A stretch of 64,000 nt of DNA from Nageia nagi (Eukaryota > Plantae > Pinophyta): positions 138,818,001-138,882,000 of the forward strand of contig JBITNC010000001.1 in NCBI GenBank assembly GCA_050084985.1, read 5' to 3'. Position 1 is the first letter of the stretch. The number at the start of each line of letters is the position of its first letter. This document shows positions 38,998-51,249 of this stretch, one piece after another. Below the pieces are notes generated by a model. That model saw only the letters and a program-made list of their open reading frames with translations, was not told where the DNA came from and searched no databases. Both the position numbers and the translations under genes were made by a program.

Positions 38998-41900
38998 ATG
39001 CCGCCTAGGAGACAAGGTAGAGGTGTCGGTAGGGGCATCGGTAGAGGAGTCGGTAGAGGTATCGACAGAGGTGTAGCTGATGCGTATGCCCATATGAATC
39101 GACAGATTGAGGACCTACACGCCGAAGTTGCCCGATTGGTTGGTGCAATTAATCGCATGGGGGGAGGATACCCCATGCGTACCCGCATCCAGGATCTGAT
39201 AGTGAGAGCCTGTTTAGGGGAGAGGACACTGGCATTGAGGAGGAAGGAGAATCGACGTGTCCAGAAGAAGCTGGGCAAGGCTTTGAAAATCGACTAATCC
39301 AAGCCTTGGAGGGACTGAAAGGAAATCAAGATGGGATTAAGATTGACGTTCCTGAGTATGCTGGTGGGTTGAAACCAGAAGAGTTGATTGATTGGGTTAA
39401 TAGCCTAGAGAAGTATTTTGAATGGAGAAACCTTGCAGAGGATAAGAAGGTGAAGCTTGCATGCACGAAATTGAAGGGCCATGCATTGATCTGGTGGGAT
39501 CATTTACAAAAATCTCGACAGCAGAAGGGAAAAGAGAAGATCAGAGCTTGGGCCAAGATGAAAAAAAAATTAGAAGAAAAGTTTATTCCTATTGACTATT
39601 CCCAAAACTTATTTCAGAGGTTCCAGAACCTTCGACAGAGAGACCAAAGCATCGAAGATTACACCAATGAATTCTACAAATTATCCATTCAGGTAGAGCA
39701 TGAGGAGACGGACCAGCAGAGAGCTGCAAGGTATGTGAATGGTCTCAGCTATTCTATCCAGGATGAGCTAAGTATGCATCGCACTCTTACTGTAGAGGAT
39801 GCATATCAAATGGCTTTGAAGGCTGAGGAGAAGCTTACGAGACATAGCAGAGGGGGAAAGAAAGGGTCGACACCCTCTTCAAATAGAGGGCGAGGTGGAT
39901 CTAACTTCGTAAGGGGTGAATCTTCGGTGATTGGGAAAAATGAGGATCAGACAGGACAGAGCCAAGACACCCTCCAAAGGGGAAGAGGATATCCAAGAGG
40001 AAGAGGTAACGGTGGAAGGGTAGGAAGTGGACCAGGGAAACCATTCATCTGTTATAGATGTGGAGAAGAAGGGCATAAAGCATCTGAATGTCCTTAGTAT
40101 GATGCAGAGGAGAGAGGTCCAGCTAGGGTCGCATTAGTTGAAGAAGAAGAAGAGGCGGAGGCTGAGACTGAAGTTGCTGCAGACACGGGTGAAACCCTCA
40201 TGATAAGAAGGACCCTTGCTGTCCCTGAGAAATTAAGCATGCTGGAAGGGGATAAGGAGGACTCTTGGTTGCGTAATACCATTTTCCACACGAGATGCAC
40301 TTCAGGAGGAAAGGTGTGTAACGTGGTCATTGATGGAGGGAGTTGTGAAAATTTGGTCTCTGATGTTATGGTGGATAAGTTACAGTTAACATGTGAAGCC
40401 CATCCGACCCCTTATCGTGTTTCCTGGATTAAGAAAAAAAATACAGTGCTTGTTGATAAGAGGTGTTTAGTAAGTTTCTCCATTGGGAAGGCGTACAAGG
40501 ATACTGTATGGTGTGATGTGATTCCGATGGATGCATGTCATATTCTGTTAGGAAGGCCATGGCAGTATGATAGAGACTCAGAACATAATGGGAAAAAGAA
40601 TACTCACACATTCTGGAAGGATGGCGTCAAGATAGTTTTGTTACCCATGAAGGAGGAGGGACCGAGTGAGAGCTTATTGGCAACAAAGGAGTTTCTTGCA
40701 GAAGTTAAGGGTGGTAGCCTCTGTTATGCCTTAATAGCTAAAAAGGTCGAAGAAGGGGAAGTAGTTGTACCCGTAGTAGTAGCTAAATTACTGCGAGAGT
40801 ATGAGGATATCACACCAGAGGAGTTGCCAGATGGGTTACCACCAAAGCGGGATATCCAACATCACATGGACTTGATCCCAGGATCAGTTCTTCCGAATCA
40901 GGCTACCTATCGGTTAAATCCCACGCAGAATGCAGAGTTGAGTAGGCAAGTGATCGAGCTAATACAGAAGGGATTAATTCGGGAGAGTATGAGCCCATGT
41001 GCAACTCTAGCCTTATTAGCCCCAAAGAAAGATGGGTCATGGCGGATGTGTGTAGATAGTAGAGCCATCAACAAGATCACAATAAAGTATAGATACCCCA
41101 TGCCAAGGGTTGATGACATGATGGATGGATTAGCTGGTGCTCAATACTTTAGTAAAATTGATTTACGAAGTGGCTACTACCAGATCAGAATTCGAGAAGG
41201 TGATGAATGGAAGACAGCTTTTAAGATGAATGACGGATTGTACGAGTGGATGGTGATGCCCTTTGGGTTATCTAATGCACCCAGTACATTCATGCGATTG
41301 ATGAATAAGAGTTCTGCGAGAATATAATGGTAAGTTTGTCGTTGTGTATTTTGATGATATTTTGATTTATAGCAAAGGGGTGGAAGAACATTTGTTCCAC
41401 TTAAGATTGGTCTTAGATGTGCTCAGGAAGGAGAAGTTATATGTGAACCTGAAGAAATGCAGATTTCTTCAGAATAGTCTAGTATTTTTGGGATTTGTAA
41501 TCTCAAGAGATGGCATGCGAATGGATGAAGAGAAAGTGAGGGTGCTTTTGGAATGGCCTACTCCACGAACTATGACAGAGGTGAGGAGCTTCCATGGGCT
41601 CGCTTCTTTTTATAGAAAGTTTATCAGGAACTTCAGCAGCATAGCTGCCCCACTAACTGAGTGCACAAAGGGAAAGGATTTTGTGTGGACCAAGGCAGCA
41701 GGAGAGAGTTTTGAGATCCTGAAGAAGAAGGTGTCCGCAGCCCCTGTTCTAGTGCTACCAGATTTCAACAAGGTATTTGAGGTTGATTGTGATGCATCTT
41801 TTGTTGGAATTGGAGGTGTTTTGAGTCAGGAAGGCAGACCAGTTGCATTCTTCAGTGAGAAGTTGAATGATACTCGAAAAAATTATTCTACATATGATGT

Positions 41901-43602
41901 GGAGTTTTATGCGATTGTGCAAGCACTACAGCATTGGAGGCACTACTTAATTTCAAAGGAGTTTGTGTTGTTTACTGATCATGACGCATTGAAGTATGTT
42001 AACTCTCAGAAAAAGTTGAATGGTAGACACGCAAAGTGGGTTTCTTTCCTACAACAGTATACCTTTGTTTTGAAACACAAGTCTGGCAAGCAAAATAAGG
42101 TTGCTAATGCATTGAGTAGGCGAGTCTTGTTACTGGCCACTATGGAAAATCAGGTGGTGGGATTTGAACAGATCAAAGAGATGTATGATTCTGATGCAGA
42201 TTTTGAGAATATTGTGCAGCGATGTAAGAACCCAGTAGAGGGTGAGTCTCACGCACATGTTGATGAATATTTTCTTCAGAATGGTTACCTATTTAAAGGT
42301 AATCGATTGTGCATTCCCAATGGCTCTATGCGTGAGAACATCGTGAGGGAATTGCATAGTGGAGGTCTGGCTGGTCATTTTGGAGTAGCCAAAACTATGA
42401 CTCTTATAGCAGAGAAGTATTATTGGCCGAAGATGAAGCGAGATGTGATTCGATTTGTCTCCAGATGCAGAGTGTGCCAGACAGCTAAGGGCCATGCACA
42501 GAATACAGGACTGTACATGCCACTCCCGATTCCTATCGGCCCTTGGATCGATTTGAGCATGGATTTCGTGCTAGGGCTACCCAAGACCCAACGAGGTATG
42601 GATTCCATTTTTGTTGTGGTGGATAGGTTTTCCAAAATGGCTCATTTCCTTGCTTGTAGAAAAACTAATGATGCCTCGAAGATTGCAGTCTTATTTTTTG
42701 ATGAGGTTGTGCGGTTGCATGGTGTTCCTAAGACAATTACTTCTGATCGCGATTCTAAGTTCTTGGGCCATTTTTGGAGGACATTATGGCGGAAGTTGAA
42801 CACCAGACTCCAGTTCAGTAGTGCCTATCATCCACAGACCGATGGCCAAACTGAGGTGGTCAATAGAAGCTTGGGCAACCTTTTACGATGCATAGTTGGG
42901 GATAAACCAAAGCAATGGGATCTGGCCTTATCGCAAGCTGAATTTGCATATAATAGCTCTGTGAATCGGTCAACAGGTAAATCCCCTTTTCAAATCGTCT
43001 ATGGTCGAAATCCTAGGGGTGTTTTGGATCTAGTTGAGCTACCAATGGGCGAACAGGTTAGTGATGCAGCCGAAGCCTTTGCTGAGCATATACACGAAGT
43101 GCAAGAATCAGTGAAAGCCACATTACAACATCGTAATGCTCAGTATAAGACAATCACGGATGCACATCAGCGGGTGAAAGTGTTTACAGAAGGTGATTTG
43201 GTCATGGTCCATCTTCGAAAGGAGCGCTTTCCTAAAGGGACCTATAACAAACTGAAGCTTAAGAAGATTGGTCCATGCAAGATTCTAAAGAAAATCAATG
43301 ATAATGTTTATAGAGTGGAATTGCCTGATGATTTTGATATCTCTCCAGTTTTTAACGTTTCTGATTTATTTCAGTATTTTGGTAATCTGGAGGATGTTGA
43401 CTTTCAAGATACAGTGGATTGGGTTCAACAGATTCCCAAGAAGAAGAAAGATTGCGTAGCCCGTATCCTTGATAAGAGGGTTACCACTACCCGGCATGGA
43501 AACTACAACAGATACTTGGTTCAATGGGAAGGCCTACCACCCTCATCTAATACCTGGGTTTCAGAGTCCGAGTTACAGAAGCTTGATAACCAAAAGCTTT
43601 AG
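38998..43602 (+). pseudogene. CRM gag-pol polyprotein with chromodomain; two frameshifts and one in-frame stop
   Basis: Gag with CYRCGEEGHKASEC; protease IDGGSCEN; RT YFDD (41347); RNase H CDAS; integrase HHCC, SMDF/SDRD/QTEV; GPC; chromodomain YLVQWEG..NTW. Lesions: G6 run 39159-39164, TAG 40095, +1 nt ~41310. Confidence 0.95.
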
Positions 43603-43656
43603 GAATTTCACTCAGTTGAACTCGTAGGAGCTGAGTTCTTTTTCACCCGAGGAGAA

Positions 43657-44144
43657 TGATGCATGCGTTGCCGGGGCCGTAGCTTTTGATCCGGAGGTCG
43701 TTTTGCTTCGAAATTTAAACTGTGGCTTCGTGACAAAATTCTAGTTATGGATTTCACTAGAACTACCATACCCAAAAAATGATATTTTTAAGGCCTGATT
43801 CATCCGTCTAAGGCCTGAAAAATAGGCTTTTTTAAGAGCACTCCTGATTTTTAGGCCTTTTTGCATGTTGCGCCTTTAATAACTCTTGTTTTTCTTCTAG
43901 TTAAGGGTGGATATTTTAGATACTGCTTAATTAGTGTAAGAGGGATGCGCATGCAAATTTTGGGCGCAATCCGACTCATTTTGGTTTTTTGATTTTTTTT
44001 GTGGCTATTTAAAGGGCATTGTATTCTCTTGGAGAGGTGGTGGATTCAGGAATAAGAAGAGTATTTTTTTGGTCTAGATTTCTTCTGTATGTTCTGTGAC
44101 TGGATTTCAATTTCTGTTTTCCTGTTACAGCTGAATTCACATCA
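43657..44144 (+). repeat. 3' LTR of CRM element
   Basis: 488 bp. Confidence 0.97.
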
Positions 44145-46789
44145 ATTACAAATAACTTATTTAAGGATCACATTTAGTATTAGAGAAGTTCTTTTACTAG
44201 GAATTGATTAATCAAGCTATTGTGTATTTTGCTTTGCATTATTTAGAATAACTAGTAATATTTTTGCAAGTGTAATTTTCTACCATAAGTAGAGATAGGA
44301 TCTTAATTGGTGAAGTACAAGGCATAGTTGTAGAATTGTTGTAGAATTGGAGAGAATATTAAAATAAATGGCTCAAAGAATTGATAAATTAAATAAATAT
44401 AATAAATATGATTCACATTCTAAAGTAGAAAATGAAATTGCTACTCTAGTATCCTCTACATCGCAAAGTATTCATGACAAGCAATAGCGTCTTCATGGTG
44501 GTCAACCTTCAAGCATTTTAAAGAAGCAAGGGAAGAGAATTTTTAATTTATACAAAAAGAAGGGCCATATCAAGAGCCAATTCTATAATTTGCATCTATA
44601 AATGTAGCCATAAAATTTTGAAAACCTTAAGAAATCTCAAATTATTATGAAAGTATAAAGATGAAAAGAGAAACCTTTTGCAGATATGAAAGTTAAACTT
44701 AATAGAGCAAAGAAGGAGGTTACCTTCAAGTGATTCCAAATTCCTTATTCCTTGTATCATCGAGAAGATCTCTTGTACATGGAGGTACAATAAAGTAAGT
44801 TAAAATTTGATGAAATTTTTGATCATGCATCTTAGTTTAATTTCATAGCTAAAAATCTTATTGCTAGCTTGGATTTGTTTGTGTTTTCCCATCCTCGTCT
44901 ATATAGTTGGGTGAGTGGAAATGGTGAAGTAAAATTAACTCAATAGTGTAGTTTAGTATTTACAATTAATTTATAATTTTATGATGATGTATTGATAGAT
45001 GTTGTGCAATTGGGATTACAAGGTATTGTTCTTAGTAATCCATATTTATTTGACAAGAAGGATATCTTTCATCAAGAGAAAATAAATATCATATCATAAA
45101 ACATGGGGTAAAGTTTAAAATTTTCTCTCATTGAAGCAAGACCAATTCATCTATGCTTATTAATGCATACAAGAAGAAATTAGAGGTGTCTAGTCAACTT
45201 TTCTTTCATCAAATAAGGAAATTATCATCTAACATCATTTTCTATGCTCAAAATTAATAAAAGTTTTTACCAAGTTAATTATGATAGGTTTTAAAATATT
45301 TCATGATTATATTTGTTACTATGTTGACACTTTTTAGTGCACATAAATTGAAAATGGAAACAAAGTAATTTGAAGAGCTTTATCAGATTGAAAGTCTTAG
45401 TGAATCAAAATTGCACACTTGGAAAGCAATATAAAAATCATACAATATGAAACATAAGTGGAGGCTGGAATAGGTAAAGGTCCCTTCACTCTACCTAATT
45501 TTTTAATAAATATTTTTGGGATAAAATATCTCTCAATGGGAAGGTGTGATAAAGTTTTTTTATCCTTTTGATTATGAGAAATGTCAATCTCAAAATATTT
45601 TCATCGTCTACAACTTTGTTGTGGTTTTTATTATTTTCAAAACTTATGTTTGATTTGCAACATAGTATCATTCTCAAATTTGGTAAATATTTAAGTTTAA
45701 TTTGTATTTATTATTGAAAATTAAAAATAATTTATTATATTATTTCATTCCTATGAACAAAAATCACTTTTAAAAAAAAAAAATTTGTGGATAATACCGT
45801 GCATGTGTCCATCCAACATAATTTCACTAAAATCAAGATATTTTTGAAAATCCTTTTCGAAAAAGATACTAAGACATTAGAGCTTGTCTTGGATATTTTT
45901 CCATAATTTTTTCATTAGTATTTTTTTTTATTAATTTTGTACAGAGCATGTTTATGGTTTCAAAAAGTGTTCATTTGTGTCTATCATAATTTGATCTAAA
46001 CCTAATCTTTTTTACAATTTTTTTTTATTATTATAGAGAATTAGGTGAAGCTTGTCCCCATATAAATTTTTTTTTCATAACTCCTAAAAAATATAAACTT
46101 ATTAAGAAAGTATGAGACACTCATATTTCAAGTATATGGACCAGTTTTATCAAAAATTAATAGAAAAATATTAAATATAATCCAATTACAAAACAAATTG
46201 CATATTTGAATTCATAACTCTTTCATCTAAAATGGTTTCAATTTCTTGATAAAATTCAACCAAAATCAACATGAAATATATGCTCAAAGTTATGATTTAG
46301 TAGTGAAATCAACCATGGAGTTGGACATTTACTTACAATTCCAAGGCACAAGATTGGCTTAGCTAGCCTTTACCAAGCCTAAATACGAGGTTGGTGGGTG
46401 GGGGATCATAGGAAGAGAATTTTGAATATATCAGGATCATGATATGTCTAGTCATAATACATATCAGGATCCTAATTTTTTTTATCAGTTGGGATAAAAA
46501 ATCAACTTCTTGGATACATATGTCCTCTACATCATCCTTATCCCATTCATATAGTACAATATACTAATATTTCTTGTAAGAATTGAGTTGGTTTTATCAT
46601 ATGCATGCACATTATTCAATCAATATATTGAGGTTGATATCCAAGGCATTTATTTTAGTCAATTTAAAGTTTAATTAAGTTTTTTACCAACATAATTAAG
46701 TCCTTAAATATGGAATCAATCATTGCAATTAAAGTTATCTTTTAAAGATATAAAGCATTGAATTTGTAAACTTCTTAAGCCAATCAACA

Positions 46790-49500
46790 TCATGGGTGAC
46801 AAAAAAAGCCAAATAAAGAGAGGAAGGAAGGTTATGTCATCTGAAGATATTCTTACAAAAGGATAGAAGGATGTAAAAAGAAAAAGAGAAAAAGGAGCAC
46901 AAAATAAAGAATTGAATTGTAATGAAGTACTTGAAAGTTCTATCCCAATTGAAGAAGGGGAAATTGAAGAGAACATGAATGTAGATATGATTATAGATGA
47001 TGCACCATTGAATGAAGCTTCAAATTAAATGACTATGGAAATAAATGCAAGTATGTATTTGAATCTTCATATCCTTTTATAATTTTAGATGTTTTTTAGC
47101 ATTATCATGGAACATATTCAAATGATTGAGAAATTATTTAATTAATAAACTCCTCTTCACATGATTACTAATTAGGCTTATTGCCACTTTTGAAAGTTTC
47201 AAGCTCCATAGACCACTTAAAATGACACCTCTAGCTCATGTTTGTACTCCTACTATTAGAGATGTTCCTAGAATTTTGCTACAAGTTCAACTACTAAATG
47301 CTATATGTAATCAAGTTATTTGACACTCCTATTAATTATATTAAGAACATTAATTATGAAAATTACTAATAATGGATCAAATCTGGACCTATCAATGTAT
47401 ATCCAAAACTATTTACAAACATATAGTTGTATGATTAATTTTCACAAATAAATTGGAGATTAATATGACCACTTAATCAAAGAGGTTAAACATTTTACAA
47501 AAAGGGTTAGACATTTGACCAATGGGGTCTAAAATGATGTTAAAGGGGTTAAAGAGTTTAAGAGTTACTTTGGTTTAAGAACTCAAGGGTTATGGGTTTA
47601 AAATTTTAACAGTTTAGGGCAAGTAAGAGTTTAGGGTTTAGGTTTTAGGGGTTTAGGATTTAGGGTTTACAATTTAGTGCTTAGGTTTGTTTAAGGTTTA
47701 AGGGTTTAGGGTTTACATTTATTTAAATATTATGATTTGTTTAAGGATTAAGGGTTTAGGATTTACATTTTAGTGCTTAGAAAAATTTACTTTGATATAG
47801 TTTAGCATTTAGATTTTTAGGGAAGGTTTAAGTTTTAAGGGTTTAAGGTTTAAAGTTTAAAGTTTACAAATATATATTTGAATTTACAAACATATATTTG
47901 ATGATTATTTTTTATTAACATATAGGAGATTCATATGATTACTTAATCATAGTTTGCAAAAAGGGTTAGCCATTTGAACAATGGGGTTACCAAGATTTAG
48001 GGTTTAGGGTTTAATGGTTAATGGTTAAAAGATTTTAAGGGTTAATTAGCTTGAAAAGCTTAATGGTTAAAGGTTTAAGATTTTAAGGGTTAAGGGTAAA
48101 GGATTTAAGACTCTAAGGGTTTAGGGGTAGGGTTTTAGGTTTAATATGGTTATAGGGTTTACATTTTAGTTTTTAGGTTTATAGGGTTATCTAGGGCTTA
48201 TATTTTTGACCAATGGGGTCAAACATGATTTTAAAGGAATTAAAGAGTTTAAGGTTACTTAGGCTAAAGAACTTAAGGGTTAATGGTTTAAGAGTTTAAT
48301 GGTTTAGGGAAAGTAAGGATTTAAGGTTAAGGTTTTAAGGGTTTAGTATTTAGTGTTTATATTTCAGTGCTTAGGTTTGTTTAAGGATTAAGGTTTTAGG
48401 GTATAAGGTTTACATTTTAATACTTAGGTTTATTTACATAGCTTAAGGGTTTAGGGTTTAGAGTTTATGTTTGAAGGGTTTAGCATTTAGAGTTTAAGGT
48501 TTCTATGTCCTATCAAGGTTTGGAAAATGAGGTTAAATAAAATTTTACCAATAGGGTTAAATATGTTATGTCTTATGAACTCGTCAATGCTCTTTAAATT
48601 AGGATAAGCATATATGTCACATAATGCCAATATTTATTGGTTTTTTTAAGACTTTTAAAGGGTTTAGAGTTTAAGTTTATAGTTTTCCTTGAGTTTACAT
48701 AATGCTAATATATATTCGTTACTTAATTTATTTAATTTCAACTAAGTTTTAGCCTAATTCTTGATTAATTCCTCAAAAAGTTAGTAATTAATTATCATAC
48801 ATTACATTTTTTTTTCCTTTGTAGAAAAATTTGGTGAGCTAATCCTTAGCCTTGGAGTACCAACTATGGACACAAATCTAGGTTTGTCTTTGAATCCACA
48901 TGTTAATGATATTGAGAATGACAATATTGATAATACTAATGATATAAATATTTTTTATTATATTGAACATAATATCTTAGATAATATTCCTAGTACAATA
49001 TATATGATATAAATGAGAACACATGCAAATAGAATATGTGATCAATTTTCCCTTAATAAGGAGCTAGGATTTCAATGTTGACTCATGTTATAATTGATGA
49101 GAATATGGAAAATGAGAAGAGTAATAAAAACTTTAGGTGTTTGTATAAAAAGAAAGGAACCCTTAAAACAAGTTATATCCATTGTTGCTAGTGCCATGGA
49201 ATCTATTGGGAAAAAGAGTTGATCTAAAGATAGGAATATGATAAGATGAGCCATAACTACTACTTTAGTAAATAGATCAACTGTAAAGAAAAAAATGATT
49301 GGTAATCCTAGTGGATATATAAATATACACCCTAAAAATTTATGAAGAGATATGAAGAGAAGAAAAAGTATTAAAATTGATCCAATCAACCAATGTTGGA
49401 GTTTTAGTAGGAGACATCCTAGGTATAATAGAAAATTGACAAATGAGATAAAATATGTCATTGAAAAATATTGGCATGATCATACAAGGGTATCTCCTAA
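46790..49500 (+). pseudogene. Multi-exon remnant of a putative DNA-transposon gene
   Basis: Exon-like 46792-47050 ending at GTATGT; ~160-codon frame 49022-49500 with four CGA/CAA-type stops, ending CWSFSRRHPRYNRKLTNEIKYVIEKYWHDHTRVSPN. Confidence 0.45.
47500..48690 (+). repeat. Degenerate telomere-like (TTTAGGG) array with higher-order duplication
   Basis: Many TTTAGGG/TTTAAGG units; block 47512-47700 recurs at 48205-48390, and 47411-47530 at 47882-47990. Confidence 0.8.
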
Positions 49501-51079
49501 TTATATTTAAGTAAACCTTTTTGTAAATATTTTTTACACCTTTTTGTAAACTTGTAAACATCTTGTTTAGTAATATATATTGTAAATGAAAAAAAAGTGA
49601 TATGCTAGATGGAATGGAATTTGATTAGGTAGCCTATATGGAAGACTATGTTTACAAGAATATATGGAAGACTAATTATCTAAATATTATGGTTCACAAA
49701 TACCACTTCTACAAATCTATTTCAAATCAATCTTAATGTTCTACATCTAAAATATTTTAATAGGAACTTGATTTAGGACCAATATCCATTCCCTCTAACA
49801 TCTCATATTATTTAGAATATGAGTCCTCTTTACAATTCCTATGTATATTTTATAAATATTTAATATCCATACAATTATCCTAGAGTAGCCTTATCACATA
49901 AACCATATATTCCTATAGAATAGAGGAAACCAAAATCATAAATGGGTATTACTGAAATGAAATATGTAACCTTATATTCCTATTGACAAATGTGGAACCT
50001 TATAATTTTCATGGTGTTTCTTATGCTTCTCATTTATTTTATCTATGAGATTATAAACTTGTTCTAAAATATATTAAATATTCTCCATCAAATCTATTGA
50101 TTTCTCTACTTCTTTCTACCCATGTGTTGTGTGTTCCATGGTATATAATAGAAGTGTTGTAATGATGGATGCCAAAGGTTAAAACTCATAACATACATGA
50201 AATATATTTATTACAAGCACTTATTGTATGTTTTAGATATTTTTTATTGCATATAGTTTAGCAACATCAATTTTAACTCTAAGTTTGATCTTCAAATAGT
50301 CTACAAAGATTTCTAAATAGATTTGAAAAATATGAATAGAATTTGGATTTAGTTTGTAAAATTACTAAGGGCATATTCAATGAAAGAGAATTTTTATTCT
50401 AATGTTTTATCTTAAATGAATGTTATACATGATACTTTGAAAATATAAATGTAAAGAGTAGGATCTTCCTTCCACTTAAAAATTCAAAATATAGGTATGA
50501 TAATGCCCTCAAGGAAGGATTGGAATAAAATTTCATGACATAATTAATTACACATCAAGTTACCATATTTAAAATGACTATTTTTTGAAAGGATTGAGAA
50601 AATTTATTAATATTTTATCTATCTTATGTTATTATTATGAAATGAAATATAGAAAATTTAATATTTGAAATAAGAATTTGAGGTGTAAAACATAAAGATT
50701 GTTCAACTTGAAATAGTAGGTTATAGAACTATAAGAGTATACAAACATAAAATAGCATTCATAAAATATGACCAATAAAATTCACAAGATATCAAGTTTG
50801 GAAAATACTACTCGCCAAGGTAATTAACTATTTTTCAAAAATGATCAACCAATACATTACCATACTTAGAATTAGGTAAAACTATGAGAAACATGATATT
50901 TTAACAAGTAAAAAACCAAGAAGACATTAGGAGCACTAACTTGGACAATGCAAGGTGAGTTTCAAGGTAGTAATTGGGTGTAGGAGCATTAAAATTAGGA
51001 TCCTAAAATGTTGAAGGCTGCTTCTTTTGCTGGGTGGGAGGTGTAGGCAGTGAAGCTAGAAAGTGAGCTCCACAACCTG

Positions 51080-51246
51080 CAGCATGATATTTAAGTTTAG
51101 CATATCATGATTCTGAAATATCAAGATCTAGATACAAGCTTGGTTAATGAGATCATATAAAGATACCAATATTTCTTAGGATTGGGGGCTCGAAATATTG
51201 GGATCCCTATTTGTTTTATATCAAGATCCCAATATTTTCAACCTTG
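51080..51246. mobile_element. Possible hAT-type terminus
   Basis: Ends ATATTTTCAACCTTG with subterminal GATC/GATA motifs; partner TIR and TSD not found. Confidence 0.3.
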
Positions 51247-51249
51247 AAT

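Larger units (their letters stand above)
38484..44144 (+). mobile_element. Young, near-intact CRM-clade chromovirus (Ty3/gypsy)
   Basis: LTRs 38484-38973 and 43657-44144 with TGATG/CATCA ends (about 10 substitutions and 2 indels); TSD ATTAC; PBS TGGTATCAGAGC (tRNA-iMet) at 38976; PPT GAGGAGAA. Confidence 0.97.
37180..45500 (+). mobile_element. Old gypsy-type gag/protease-only remnant, host of the CRM insertion
   Basis: LTR end ..ATCACA then PBS-like TAGTATTAGAG (~44174); decayed zinc knuckle YKKKGH..LH (~44550); protease IFDHAS..HPRLYSWV..DVVQL..NPYLFDK (44815-45065); PPT-like AAGTGGAGGC (~45456). Left limit uncertain. Confidence 0.55.

Noticed and set aside
40095-40097. Programmed gag-pol readthrough stop
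   Set aside because: CRM elements normally have a single ORF; the context lacks CARYYA, and CAG-to-TAG deamination is simpler.
38943-42799. Antisense and alternative-frame ORFs inside the CRM element
   Set aside because: Shadow ORFs of a GC-richer coding sequence.
47500-48690. True telomere or recent chromosome-fusion scar
   Set aside because: Highly degenerate, single orientation and interspersed with non-telomeric units.
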